The notes under the pieces: model-generated
What the model was told of the DNA's origin: nothing
Databases searched by the model: none
What the model saw: only the letters and a program-made list of their open reading frames with translations
Translations under genes and position numbers: made by a program
Origin: Podarcis muralis
Taxonomy: Eukaryota
Length of the DNA stretch: 64,000 nucleotides
Direction of reading: 5' to 3'
NCBI RefSeq assembly: GCF_964188315.1
Contig: NC_135667.1
Span: 27,218,001 to 27,282,000 of the forward strand
Shown: positions 46,000 through 59,829 of the stretch, one piece after another
Layout of the letters: the number at the start of each line of letters is the position of its first letter
How positions within the stretch are numbered: the stretch's first letter is position 1

Positions 46000-47400
46000 T
46001 ATGATCATAAAGCAGTTTCAGCCTGGTGCCAATCCTGAGCCCTCCTCCTCCTCTGATCACTCTTGGCAAGAAATATTGTCTTCCATGAACACAGTCTTAA
46101 CAGTGAGTCCATAAGTGACTGGAGGCCAGTTCTGGATCCACAAGTCCTTCCACTGTGGGGATGTAGGTTTTCTGGCAGGAGTTGATCATGGTGAGGGTTT
46201 GTCAAATGTGCCTTACTCTTGCTGTTTCTCCTTTTGCCCTGAGCTCGTGCTTATTCTAAGTCCATGACACGCTTGGTAAAGGATGTTCTCCAGTTGGAGA
46301 TGAAGATAATTCCACTACCGAGCTTCAGGAGGAGGGGGGGTTGCGGGGCTCACGACCCCGCCCACACTCCCGCGGGGCTGTCGCCAGCCTCGCGGGAACC
46401 AGGGGATTCCCTTGAGTCACATCCCCCCGCAGCGCCAGCCAATCGGCTGGCGGCGGGGGCGGGCCTACTAGAGGCCACTTAAGGTCGGGGCAGCCCTGGG
46501 CTCGCCCCTTTTCTCCCTCGCAGCCGACGTGGTTTATTCTAAGTCCATGACACGCTTGGTAAAGGATGTTCTCCAGTTGGAGATGAAGATAATCAGTAGA
46601 GTTGGGGCGATAACACATCCCTGTTTAATGTCTGATCCCACTGTGAATGGTTGACTTTGAGAACCATTGTTATCCGCGATTGCTGCTGTCATGTTATCGT
46701 GGAGGAGCCAAAGGATATTCACAAATTTATCTGGGCAGCTGTTTTTCAGAAGGATAGCCCGCAGGGCAGTACAATTTACAGTATCAAAGGCCTTAGACAG
46801 GTAGAAAAACACCATGATTTTGTTCTCTGCATTTTTCTTGAAGCTGTCAAGCAGGGAAATTCATACCCACTGTCCCCTAGAACGTCGAAAACCATTTTGG
46901 GATTCAGGAAGTGTGTCCTCAGATAAAGGTAGGAGACAGTTTGCTAAGATCCTTACAATAATTTTGCTGGCTGTGGCTAAGAAAGAGATGCTTCAATAAT
47001 TTCCACAATCTGTTCTATAACCTTTTTAAAAAAGATTGATAATTTTGGCATCTCTAAAGTCTCCTGGCATCTCCCAGATTTTTTTGATGAGCTTGTGAAG
47101 TTGTTGGGTAAGCTCAATTCTGCCCACTTTGAAGACTTTGGCAGGTATCCCATCAGGTCTGCTGGCTGTGTTGTTTTTCATTTGGTTAATAGCTGTACAC
47201 AAATCTCCAGATTTGGAGATACAGCAAGTTTTGGAGATACATGCAACACTAGCATGCTGGGGTAAGATTTGAGGTAGATGGGAAAGGTGGAATGAGTTTC
47301 CTCTCCTACCCTTAAAGACCACCACGTTTCTTGTTCCAGGGCAGCTGTTATCTTGAACATTATCACTCTTTTTAGAAGGAAAGGTGTATTGCAGTATTTT
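46000..47400 (-). mobile_element. Fragmented RTE-clade LINE
   Basis: PDGIPAKVFK, LSKAFDTVN, IKQGCVIAPTL and terminal HPHSGRTCGSRTGLQS; interrupted at ~46205-46595. Confidence 0.8.
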
Positions 47401-47624
47401 GAGCAAAAAACACGATGGACTAAAAAAATAATGAGTGAAAATATAACCTGTGCATCAGAACTTGAAAGATGAAGAAAAAGGTGACCAGCAGACTTAGACT
47501 TGAAAGATTAGCAAAATGATGACATACGGGTCAGAACTCCAAAAAAAGAACGAAAAAATAACCTGTGGGTGAGGACACCAAAGCAAAATTTTTTTAAAAA
47601 AATGACAATTTTGGTGATATTCTA

Positions 47625-48250
47625 AAGTATTTGGCTATCCTTTGTTCCTGAGTACCAAATGGCTGTGGAGATCTTCTCCACTGTGGCTTCCAGTACTGGC
47701 TTACTAGGTTACATGTTTGTTTGCAAATGCTACATTATTGTGTGAGATCTACTGTAAATCTAGTCAATCAATAAATATTCTAAAGTATTGTAGAGTCTGC
47801 AATTTCTGCCATAATATTCTTCTCTATTGAGGTGGTGAGTAAATGGACATAACTTACAAATTAGCATGGATCATCATTGTCACTTTCTTCACTTCTATCC
47901 ACAAATCAGAGGACATTTGTGTGATATATTACCCAAAATAAAAGATAATGGATTAAAAAATGTTAGTTGAGTGAATCTCTCCAGGTTCTCCAGTAATATA
48001 TTTTGGCAGGGACATTTGGACTTCCATTTTTGGCTCTCCATTTGATTTATCCTACCCCAAGTTCATGTGTCACATTAGCAGACACTGGCATTTCCCCCTC
48101 ATTCATCTGCAAGGCACAAAAATGCCAGGATATCATGTGACTATTTAGTGGTACCTAACATCTGGCAGACAAATATAGAAAAACCCTGCTACAGCAAGCT
48201 AACTTCAGAATTGTCGAATTGTTCCTTAATCCACCAACCCAACCAGCAGA
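47625..48250 (+). pseudogene. V2R remnant (TM6-TM7) plus 3' UTR homolog
   Basis: WLSFVP...[17 protein letters not shown]...KCYIIV; the following ~470 bp resembles 57260-57700. Confidence 0.8.
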
Positions 48251-50843
48251 TCCTTTTCTTTTATTTTTTTTGTAGAAAGAACTTACAAAGCTACCCAGTC
48301 CAAGTGTTTTGTTATTTCAACCTGTTAATAGTCTGATAAATCTCTTCCTTCAAAATATCTCTATTCATTTTGGTCTAATGTGTCCCACTTATACATTTTA
48401 CATTAGATATGTCCTCACCTCAATGTTTCATCAAGCTATTGAGTTTTAGTAATGATAAATTCCCAAATAGGGAATTTATTTTTGCATTATCATAAGTAAC
48501 ACTCCCATCTTTTTGTATCAGTGAATAGATTTTTTTAGACATCTGCTTCCCCTTTATCACATGTGCTAAACATTTGAATGCTCATATAATGATTCATATA
48601 CTAGCATATAGGGAGAAATTCGATTCAATTCTCATTTAAAGATGAAACTTCTCACCAGCGAAACAATATGTGAACCAAAACAGCCATCAATTGAAATCTG
48701 AAGTTCTAAAAATTTTGCAGTGCAGTTCAAGCAACTCTCATTGAAGGGTTGTGTGAAAGAAACATTCCTACAGGAAAGCTATCTGTGTTCTTTCCTTGAC
48801 AGGAACCTAAGGGAGATGTTTGTTTCTCTAAAGTTTTATTGAAGATGGCATTAAGATATATTGAAATTATTCTATCCCCTGTGGCAAACTGTAAGTGTTC
48901 CTTAAAAGTTTTGGCCAAGAATGAGAATTGATTGGAATTAGGAGCATATTGTAGCACCCTGCTTGTGGTTAACGCTTAGCTGGAATGAAATATTCAACGC
49001 AGCAATAGAGAAATTAAAATAATAATTTATTTGTCAGACAAATAAATGAGAGGCACAGTGGTATATGGTTACCAAGCTCTGGCCTGGCCTCCTGCCATTA
49101 TGGCCAGCACTTATATTCCCTCAGCCCAGCTCCCTTGCTCCTCCTTTGGCTGCCTCTGTCCAATCAGCCTGGTTGAAATTCCTATTGGCTGCCTGCTATA
49201 TCCAATCCTAAAAGATACACCCATATCCTCCTGTCCTTATATGGAACACAAAGAGCTATATATTGTTACATCTATAAATGACAAATAAGTAGTAATATAT
49301 CTTACATGTGTCTCAACAAGGAATCTTAATTACCAGCTCACCTCTTGCCCTCCTTGCCCTATTGCCTTCTAAAACAAATGGTTAATCTTAAATTTTTATC
49401 TTAAACATATGTCAAGGATCTTGAGTTCACATCAACATTGAAAGATCTCCTTCATTTGAAGGTTTCTAAACAAATGCCTGACAACTATATATCAGGAGTG
49501 CTCGCTGGCGTCTCCTGTCTGGCAGGGGGGCTAGGCTGGTGGCTGACTTAATTTCAGGATAAATACAACTCTTACAACTATATGAAATAAGAATCTAGCA
49601 TTTCTTAAATCCTTTGCATAATTACATTTAAGCCAACATATTTAATACATAACATAGGTAGCCTTTTAAAAGGAATAAGGCCTTTGTAAAGTAAAAAAGG
49701 AACTCAGTAAAAAACAGCTTCAAAAGAAGCCTCTTCAGTTTACACCCCCCCTTCAGCCAGCTGCTTTTCCCATTAGCTCTTCCCAACATTTATTGCCCTT
49801 TAACTCTCTCAGTTTAAGAAAGAAACAGCTTTAGAAAAGACTTCCCAAAAATGCTCTCTTTCTGCCAGCTAGATGCTTCTCCATTGCTCTTGGCCTTTTT
49901 AACCTTAGGAAGAAGATCTGGCTCATTTTACTGGGAGGCACATTGGTATTATTTTACTATTTACTCATTCCTAATTATGTTTATCTCTGCTTTTTTTATC
50001 TTCTGTAACATGTAGGGTCAGTGTCGCTCTCAGCCTGTAATTCCCCCTTTTACGACTTTGAGAATTGTTTTCTGCTATAAATCAAGGGGCCCCTTGTCTA
50101 GGAGGAAAACATTGCCAAGGTTCTCTAAGCAGCTGGTCTTCTGCCTGGCATGAAACATTTGAAAATCTTTAAGCTCTCTCTTTAATATACAAGCCCTGAT
50201 CAAACATTAATAAAATGCAGACTTATGATTAGATGCCTCAATATATCCTATATGGTCCTGAAAACTGAATGTAAGATTAGAAAAAATTGAGAAATGGAGC
50301 AAAATCATAATGGAGAGATTCACCTATCCCTATCAGGCAGACATACTTCCACCCTGACTCAGTCCCAAGGCCCAGGATTTATACTTTTGTTTGTCCCATT
50401 ACAGCATATTCTCTATACACTTCATCTGTTCCACAACAACTACTTATTATGGTTAAGATATGACAAGTATTCCCCCCCACCCCGTTCTTCCAACACACCT
50501 GCTGCTTCAGATTGGATAACCGATCATTAACTCCCCTATAATTACTGTATCAATCTCAAGATGACTGAATGTGTTTTTCATGAGGCCCCAGTGCATTTCC
50601 AGAGACCACTACTAGATATCTAAATGCAAATGCAACCCCCACTGTCTCTGGCATTTCAAGTAAGAGAGGAAAGCCAGATTCTGTAAGTCTAATCTCAGAT
50701 CTTTTCTTGATTTTGTAACCAAGCTCCCAGGAATTCATCTCTTGCTTAGGTAGCATGTAGTACCATTCAAGATAACCTGCTTTGTGACTGATCCGAAGAC
50801 CAATGTTGTAAATGGAATACAGGGCTCTCTGTCTAGAAGGAAG

Positions 50844-51070
50844 ATGAGCATGATATTTTTTGTGATGCTAGTGCTCTTGTTGCTTCCATGGATGATATGT
50901 AATGGGAAAATGATCAGTACGTGCACCATCAGTGACCCATTCCATATTCCGCACAAGTATTATCAGCCAGGTGACCTGATCATTGGTGGACTTACTTCTC
51001 ATCTCTTTCCTTCTCTTAACTCGGAAGACTTCAAGAAATACCACACCTTCCAGCAATTACTTAACGTATT
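50844..51070 (+). CDS. V2R (class C GPCR) exon 1 (signal peptide)
   Basis: MSMIFFVMLVLLLLPW...YYQPGDLIIGG; donor GTAAGG; phase 2. Confidence 0.9.
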
Positions 51071-51119
51071 GTAAGGACTTTATTTGATGCTCATTAATAT
51101 CCAGATCCTAACCCTGTTT

Positions 51120-51305
51120 ACCGGTGTTTCCATGTGCTGCTCTGGTTTTGCCAGAAGCGGCTTAGTCATGCTGGCCACATGACCCTGAAAAACTGTCTGT
51201 GGAAACGGACAAACACCGTCTCCCTCAGCCTTTAAAGTGAGATGAGCACCGCAACCCCAGAGTCGTTCGCGACTGGGCTTAATTGTCAGGGGTCCCTTTA
51301 CCTTT
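51120..51305 (+). mobile_element. Sauria SINE 3' half in V2R intron 1
   Basis: Matches the 3' part of the full-length copies, ending ggggtccctttacc. Confidence 0.85.
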
Positions 51306-51945
51306 TAACCCTGTTTACACAGAAATGAAGACAAATACTCTTTAATGCAGTTTGAAGCAGAGACTGCTCTCATTTAAAGATGAACCTATGTTTTTAACAG
51401 TAATGAAACAATAAGCAAACCAGAACCCAGCTATGCCTTGAACTTCAAACTTTTCCAAATTTTGCAGTGCAGTTCTCCAGTCAAGTAATGCATACTAGGG
51501 TAAAGTGTACATAACAATGCATATTTTAGTGAAATAACATTTAAAAATGCATTATATCTGCAGACATCACTTTGCAAAATGTATACACTGGGCAGAACTG
51601 CATACAAAAATATGAATATTAGGAGAAATTTGCACTAAAATGCTGGTGGCCTTTTTTTTTTTTTAAATCACAAACTGATATCAGAATGTAAACTTAAGAT
51701 TGGAAAAATGAGAAACAGAGAGAAATAAAAACTGACAGATCCACCCATATTTATATCTTTGCCTGCCAAAAATTGAGTATTGGTTTGAATCAGGAACATG
51801 TATCCTATATGCGATTGAAAACAGAATTTAAGATTTGGGGGGGGGGGGGGGAGAGAGAAATGGAGAGAAACCCAAACAGACAGATTCACCCATCTCTATG
51901 TCACACAATGCCTGGTAACTCAATATCAAGTAACTCTCATTGCAG

Positions 51946-52237
51946 GGTTGTGCCAAAGAACTACCAGCATATTCTGGCATTGGTATTTGCTGTCAAGGAG
52001 ATCAATGAGAATCCTGAGATCTTGCCAAATGTCACCTTGGGATTTCACATCTACGATAGTTATTACATTGAAAGGATGACCTATCGGGCAACTCTGGAGC
52101 TTCTATTCACACAGCAGAAATTTGTTCCCAACTACAAGTGTGACACTCAGAAAAGTCTGTTGGCTGTCATTGGGGGACTTGATTTTGAAACCTCTCTCCA
52201 TATGGCAGCCGTCCTGGGTGTTTACAAGACTCCACAG
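51946..52237 (+). CDS. V2R exon 2
   Basis: [34 protein letters not shown]...AVIGG; 292 nt; phase 2 to 0. Confidence 0.95.
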
Positions 52238-52809
52238 GTAAGATACAGGTAACTTCATGAGTCATTTGCATTTTCCTTTTCTACCCAGAAAAGTTTTCCG
52301 GTTCTGAGAGACAAAGATCACGTTCACACAATACAGTTAAAGCACTATTATTCCACCTTAACACTCAGAATCCGGAGAACTGTAGCTTGTTAAGCATGCT
52401 GAGAATTGTTAGGAGACCTGTTACAGAGCTACAATTCCAGCACTCTTAACAAATCTCCAGTAAATTTTAAACATCATTTATTACGGCCGTAGGCCCATAC
52501 AGGTAAAAACAACACATAAATAACAGTAAACATTATTGGTTACATGAAATATTTCACAAGCCACAAATCCACTATGCTAGGACCACACTCCACTCTTACA
52601 AAAGCTGAAGCTGATGACACTCTCAGGAATATCTTTGCATTCGAGATGCACAGATTTTGCAGTGATGCCATCAAATCAACTTGCTCCATCCTGGATACTT
52701 TGGCCTAGCAGGAGAAGTTAATCCCAATCGCAATTGCCCTTTCACTGCAGATGCATGTAGCAATTCTCTCTATTACATTGACATAATATGCTTCCTTATT
52801 TATTTTTAG

Positions 52810-53673
52810 CTCAGTTATGGCTCCTTTGCTCCAGAAGACAGTGATCAAGTCCAGTCTACTCCCTTCTACCGGATGGTTCCAAACGAAGCCCATCAATACA
52901 CTGGCATTGCTCAGTTGCTTCTGCACTTTGGATGGACGTGGGTTGGGTTTATCGCTATAGAGGGAGAGAGCGGGGAGAGATTTTTGCAGTCCATGCAACT
53001 TCTGCTTTCCCAGAGAGGCATCTGCTTTGCTTTCTCAGAGAGAACTCCAAAAAACACATATTGGAGAGTTTTATTTTCTTTAAGTCTCAAGTGGCTCCAA
53101 ATCTACAAAGTTATTGCGGGGAGCAAAGCCAGTGCTGTTGTTGTCTTTGGAGAAACCAAGTCCATGCTTTGTTTACGAACAATGCTCATCATAGGTGAAA
53201 TAACAAATGGCGCAAATACACCAGTAGGAAAGGTGTGGATTATGACTGCTCAGCTGGAGTTTACAGAATTCTTCTACCAAATGACCTTAAGAATGGAAGC
53301 CTTCCACGGTTCCATCTCCTTCAGGGTTCATTCAAAAGAGGTTCAAGGATTCAGAACATTTCTTCAGCTCTTAAATCCTCTGGGGACCAATGAAGACATT
53401 TTTCTCAAGTTGTTCTGGGAACGAGCATTCAGATGTTCATTTCCAAGCTCTAAGACAAAGAAGCAGGTTTATAAAATCTGCACTGGAAAGGAGAAGCTTG
53501 AAGATCTCCCTTCATCTGGCTTTGAGACGAGCATGACTGGCCACAGCTACAGCATCTACAATGCAGTCTCTGTTGTAGCACATGCTTTACATGCCATTTT
53601 CCAAACCAGGTACAAACGCAGAACTATGGAAGACAAAGGGAGGTGGGTGCTTCGAAATCTGCAGCCTTGGCAG
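52810..53673 (+). CDS. V2R exon 3
   Basis: LSYGSF...FYRMVPNE...LLLHFGWTWVG...FHGSISF...SYSIYNAVSVVAHALH...PWQ; 864 nt; phase 0. Confidence 0.95.
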
Positions 53674-54043
53674 GTAATATCTTTCTTGAGACTCAGCTCT
53701 ATTGATATAAGCAGAGGAATGACAACCCAGGGGCATATAGAACAGTGCCTTTATAGGAAGCTACCCTATACTAAATAGGATCTTTAAGAACATCATATTC
53801 AGTATTGTTCACACTTACTGTGACTTTCCTGCATTCCAGGAAAAAGTCACTTGCAGCCCTACCCAGAGATGCTTGGGTTTGGAGACTAGCACTTGTTTAT
53901 TTTCTCATTCATCTTTCAGCTGCCAACAAAAGCTTCAATCTGCCAAGTTCCCTCCCCTGGAAATAATTGTGTGTGGAAAAGATCTGAGAGATGTTCGAGT
54001 TTTAATCAATTGTTCCTGTCCTTCTGTTCCTCTTTCTACTCAG

Positions 54044-54271
54044 CTCCACCCCTTTCTTAGGAGTGTCTCATTTAACAACAGCGTGGGAGAAACGGTGTCT
54101 TTTGGTGAGAGTCTGGAATTGAAGAACGGATTCGATATTACCAATTTTGTCATTTTTCCAAATAAATCCTTCCTGAGAGTCAAGTTTGGAAAAATAGATT
54201 TGGAGGCTCCCACAGGCAAGGAATTTTCAGTTGATGATGGAAAAATGGTGTGGCACAGAAGCTTTAAGCAG
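54044..54271 (+). CDS. V2R exon 4
   Basis: LHPFLRSVSFNNSVGETVSF...FDITNF..FPN; 228 nt. Confidence 0.95.
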
Positions 54272-54932
54272 GTGGGGCACAACTGCGATTTCCAGGCTCT
54301 ATAGGGAAATTGAATATTATTGCACCACTAATAAAACAGAGCAAATGGATAGCAGTCTTGGTGCACTTCTTGCATAACTCAAATCCTGAACCCGTAATTA
54401 TGGAAGCCTAGAACACCATGTTTCCATATATGAAAATTATCCCTATGTATTAGTCTATAAATCTGTAAATTTAATGCTTATATTAAAAAAGCATAACACT
54501 GTTATAAGCCACTCTGCGTTCAACTGGCTGTGCATGCATACACCTGCAACATCACATGCCTCTATATCATTAAATGATTAGTAAGCATTAGGCTACAAAT
54601 GATGTAAAATTAGTATTTTTATGAAACAGTACACAATTTTGACGCTGCATTACTAAAAGTCTGGGTTTTGTCCCATTGGCAACGGAGACCATCAGCAACT
54701 CTTAATCCTGTCTAAAACCTTATCATGTACAGTACAAGCTACTTTATATCCATACAGTATTTGATAGGAATGCAGCCAATGTATTCCAACCATTTAACAG
54801 TCAATCAAACCTCAACCACCCAAAAAACCTGAAACAAGTTTCTCAAAAAAACCCCACCCAACACACCTTGAGTTTGCATCTGTTATTTTATTCTCGGTGA
54901 TAAACTATTCGTGTGTTTATTCAAATGGACAG

Positions 54933-55059
54933 GTTCCACCCCTTTCTACATGTAACCCAAAATGCCCTCCTGGCTCCAGCAAGAAAAAGAAGGAGGGGGA
55001 GAAATTCTGCTGCTATGATTGTTCTCCATGCCCTCAAGGCAAGATTTCATCCCAGAAGG
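54933..55059 (+). CDS. V2R exon 5 (cysteine-rich domain)
   Basis: VPPLSTCNPKCPPG...CCYDCSPCPQGKIS; 127 nt; phase 0 to 1. Confidence 0.95.
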
Positions 55060-56357
55060 GTAAGAGACAAGAACTACTTCAAAGATAGTACACATTGTAA
55101 CATACGTAAGGAGACGGTTTCAGCAAAAAATGAACCAATCATTGATGCCAGTGTTCTTTCTATAATAGCTGAAGCTCAGAAGCTTGAGGCTTTCAATGAT
55201 AATAATTGTATAAATTTTCATATCTTATTGGAGCAACACTCAGAAACCCAACTAGTATCTTTTTATGATATTCCTTCTGATTCTAAGTTAGAAGCCATCT
55301 TTCCCCACCCTAGTGATGTGATCTGCATGGGACTCCTATTGATGATCAATCAGAGGTTACCACTGACTTTGAATGGTGTTGGTCTCTTTTGGCAGCATTT
55401 CTACACTTTATCTAAACTTTTTCAGAAATCGAAATTTCGCCCTCATTTTCTGGTGTGTTATGCAGCAGGAGATAACTGAGGATGGGTCCGTAAGATAACT
55501 TACACAGGAATGCATCCAGTGCATTTGGACAGGACTTACTAATATTATTATTAATTATTCAATGTATGAATCGCCTTTTAAGAAGATTTCTTAGGTGAAT
55601 GAACAATTTAAAATAGCACATAGGAAATATAAAAGCATACAAATTCCATAGTTAACAAACAATAATGCAAGCTGGTGAGCACACAAAGCATACCCAACCT
55701 ACAAGTGTCTTCTCCCACAACCATGACTTCATCACTACAAAATAATCTACACCTTCAACTCAATCCCAGGAACAATGACATCAACATTCAAATGCCTGGG
55801 GAAACAAAAATGTTTTTGCTTAGCACCAAAGTCATGTCAAAGTTGGCCCCAAGTGAATCTCTCTGGGGAGAGCATTCCATAAATGAGGGACACCATTGAA
55901 AAGCCCCTTTCCCCTGATGCCACCTTCCAAACCTCTTTCAGAGGATACATAAGGAGGAGGGTCTCTGATGGGGACCTAAACATCTGGATAGCCTGATATG
56001 GGAGAGGAAGAGAAGCTTGCAATCAAGCAGTTGATAGAACTCTGCCCTAAATGTATCTCCCACTTTATGATTAATGCATGGGAGATTGAATATATGTCTG
56101 AAGGAGCCACTCCACTACAAATGTTCTTAAATCTTCAAACATCATTGTCTCCACAGCAATCTATACAACAGATGATGGCCCCTGTGAAGTTAGCATAACA
56201 TAGGCAGACAACCCAGCAAATTATGCTGATTTCTGGTCCAAAGGTCATAGTGTATTTGTTCTGTCTAGGAATCCTTTTGGTACTCCAGTTTAATGTTAGG
56301 ATGTCATAGACAGTTTCTGTCCGGCACACCCAGAACCTGCATCTCTTCTTTTTCCAG

Positions 56358-57259
56358 ACATGGACAATTGCGACAGATGTAGTGAAGATCGATATCCAGA
56401 CAAAGGCCAATCACAATGCATTCCAAAGGCAATAATCTTCCTGTCTATAAAAGAGCATCTAGGGATGAGCTTGGCTTCCTTGGCTCTTTCTCTCTCTCTG
56501 CTCACAATGTTGGTTCTAGCCATCTTTATTAAAAACCAGGACACGCCAATCGTCAGAGCCAACAATCGGGATCGAACCTACGCTCTCCTCACTTCCCTCC
56601 TGCTCTGCTTTCTCTGCCCTTTGCTCTTCCTCAGCCCACCAGAAAGAGTGATCTGCCTTCTCCGACAAGTTGCTTTTGCTGTCATTTTCACAGTGACCGT
56701 TTCTTGTGTGCTGGCCAAAACCATCACCGTGGTTCTGGCCTTCATGGCCACTAAACCAGGATCCATAATGAGGAAATGGGTGGGGAAAAGACTGGCAGGC
56801 ACCATTGTGTTTTCTTGTTCTCTTATCCAAGCAGGTATTTGCACTGTGTGGCTGATAACCTCTCCCTCATTCCCCCAGCTTGACATGCACTCCATGGTGG
56901 GAGAAATGATACTGGAATGTAATGAAGGGTCCGTCGCCATGTTTTACTGTGTTCTTGGTTACATGGGCTTCCTGGCTATGGTCAGCTTTGTTGTGGCATT
57001 TTTAGCTCGGAAACTGCCAGACAGCTTTAATGAGACCAAATTTATAACCTTCAGCATGTTAGTGTTTTGTAGTGTCTGGATATCCTTTGTTCCAGTTTAC
57101 TTGAGCACCAAAGGAAAATACATGGTGGCTGTGGAGATCTTCTCCATCTTGGCCTCTAGTTCTGGCTTGCTGGGTTCCATCTTTGCTCCCAAATGCTACA
57201 TTATTGTGCTGAGGCCCTATTTGAACAGTAAGGAGCAGTTAATAAAGAGGAAATTCTAA
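56358..57259 (+). CDS. V2R exon 6 (7TM domain and C-tail)
   Basis: [49 protein letters not shown]. The six exons total 2640 nt (879 aa plus stop) with consistent phases. Confidence 0.97.
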
Positions 57260-58086
57260 CATATTCCAAGACCTGCAATTTCTGCCATCATGCTTGCCTC
57301 CAGTGAGATGTTAATACTGTTGATGTGGTGGACAAATGAACATGTCTTACAAATAAACATGGATGACCTTAGTCATTTTATTTACTTTCTCTCAACAAAC
57401 AAATTAGGACAGTTGTGTGATATATTATTCAGAATGAAATATAATGGATTAAAAATGTTAGTTGAGTGAAACTTCAGTGTTCACCACTGTATGGAGTTCC
57501 AGTTTTGGTTTTTCATTTGATTTAGCCCACCCCAAGGTTATTTGTCACAATAGCAGGCATGGACATTTTCCATTCCTTTATTTCCATGGCATAAATATGC
57601 CAGAATATCAAGTGACTATATAGTGGTACCTACCACACGGTGGAGTATGCAAAGAATACCGCTATGGCAAGCTAAATATTCAGAGTTATTCTTTAATCCA
57701 CAGCTCTACACTCTAGCGCCTTCCTGGGCTGCATAGCGCCTCTCCCACAATAATACATTGTTGAAGTGTCACTGCTCCACTCCAGCATTTAAATAGACAC
57801 CAGAGGAACATCTTATTAAAACCTCTTACTGAAGAACAGAACAGGACCCATATATTTATGGGAAGGCTTCAATTGGCCTTGAGGTGTCTGTGTATCTTTA
57901 GTTGAGCAATTGATTAAAAAATGAAAAACACTGCATTGTCAGCTCCAACAAACTCTGAACTTCCAGAATCTACACAAATTTTGAGATTAAAAAATATTGC
58001 TGAGTAATTTATTTCAATGTCTGGAGAAGGAACTCATGGGTTTACATTGAAGATCAAGCTGCCCTTTTTCATAGAGATCCAGGATC

Positions 58087-58403
58087 CAGGGGCATCTTGC
58101 CCATAGAGGCAAGTGGCGCAGGGTGCCAGGCCGCCAAGTTCTGGAGGGCGCCAGGGAAGAGGTGGAGGCTGGACACGGCGGTGCCTCCCGGCATCAGCTC
58201 CCCGCCTTCGCCCACCTCTCTGAAGCAGCACTATGCCCAGAGCCTCCGCCTCTTCCCCGCCAGAGGAGCCGCCCTCCAGCCGCTGCCCGCCTCCTCCAGC
58301 CCCGCAAAGCTGCCGGCAGCACCGTAAAAAGCTCGGCAACTCTGGGAAACCGGGGGGGGGGGATCTTTGCACCATGGCGCCGGATATACTTAAGAAGGGC
58401 CTG
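58087..58403. mobile_element. Non-autonomous hAT element
   Basis: 8-bp TSD CCAGGATC at 58079-58086 and 58404-58411; imperfect CAGG...CCTG TIRs. Confidence 0.85.
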
Positions 58404-58989
58404 CCAGGATCTATTCAGTTTTTAAATTTTCCTTTCAGGAAAGGAGTATTGAAAGAAACTGGATCAGAATGTCTAGCAAATAAGTTTTTGAAAGCATTTA
58501 AGTTATGAAATGTTGAATTGATTGTTCCAATGTGGCAGTGGAGAGGAAAATATAGGGAGAGAGGAAAGCAGGAGGGGACAGATCCCTGAGCCAAAGAGGT
58601 AAGTAATACAGGTGCTTTGGTTGCCTGGTATGATGACCTCTGCCAATCCTCTTGAGCACATTGGAGTAAGGTTTGAGCCAGATGGGATTTGGGGAAATGT
58701 CTTCTCGTATCCCTAAACACTATCACAAGTCTCTTGCTTCAGAGTGCTGGTATCCCAAACAGGCAGCACCAGTGTTTTTAGCAGCAGATTTACTGCTAAA
58801 ATATTACGGTATTTGAACAAAAATGTGGTATGTGGGTCAGGATGCCAAAAAATGACCGAAAGCATAACCAGATCAGGTCTCCAAAAAATGACCATAAATT
58901 TGACCCATGGGTCAGACCGCTGAAAAATAACAAAAAACATGACCGGGGGTTAGCAGCTGAAAGATGACCAAAATTGTGTGCTCAGAGTT

Positions 58990-59190
58990 CAGGACTCTAA
59001 AAATTGACCAAGCTCTCCAATCTGTTAATATCATCATATTGAATCCTGATTCTGCCTTCTGCAGCATTAGATTCCCCTCCCAGTTTGGTGCCATCTGCAA
59101 ATTTGATGAGCATCCTCTCAATTCCTTCATCCAAGTCATTGAATGGGCCCAGGACAGAACCCTGCAGCACCTCACCTGTCACAATTTTCC
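58990..59190 (-). mobile_element. CR1 LINE RT fragment
   Basis: VLQGSVLGP...NDLDEGIERMLIKFADGTKLGG (canonical QGSVLGP and KFADDTKLGG). Confidence 0.8.
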
Positions 59191-59829
59191 AAAATGATGA
59201 TGAACTGTTAGTAAGTCCTAAATGAGTTTAAAAATGCATTAACTTTCTGTTGCAACCTTTTATTTAGAAAGTGATCAGGGCATGCTGCTGCCCAACCACA
59301 GCCACACTACACTAATAGATTTTACAAATGATTTCTATGATTGTCAGCTCTCACTTCCATCCTAAAAGGGCAGGGGCTAACATTGTTGTGAAGGTGGGAG
59401 GGGGATGATTAACAAAATCAATCCTCCTGGCAAACTGGGAATATCACCTCACTCACCCAAGTTTAGGATATTCCACCATTCTTCAGCAGAGTTTCTTTTT
59501 CTTTGAGCAAAATTAGTGGCTCACATAAATGTGAACTAAGCTTTGATAATAAAGAAAACTGTAACAAAATAACACAATGAGAGAAACTAAATACAACAAC
59601 ATGGGGCAAGTCTGAGGCAAGAAACAAGAAGAGGCAGTTGGTCCCTCTTAACTGACACTCTTAACAGAACACACACTGAAGGGAGGGGCTGATTCCACAG
59701 CAAAACACACAAGCCCCGCCCACCAGATACCAAGCACTCTACTATTCAAATTAGGCTCCATTACAAAAATAGCTTCAAAGCCAACCTGGATGTTCAAAGC
59801 CCACCCCCGCATCACAATATGCCTGTCCA

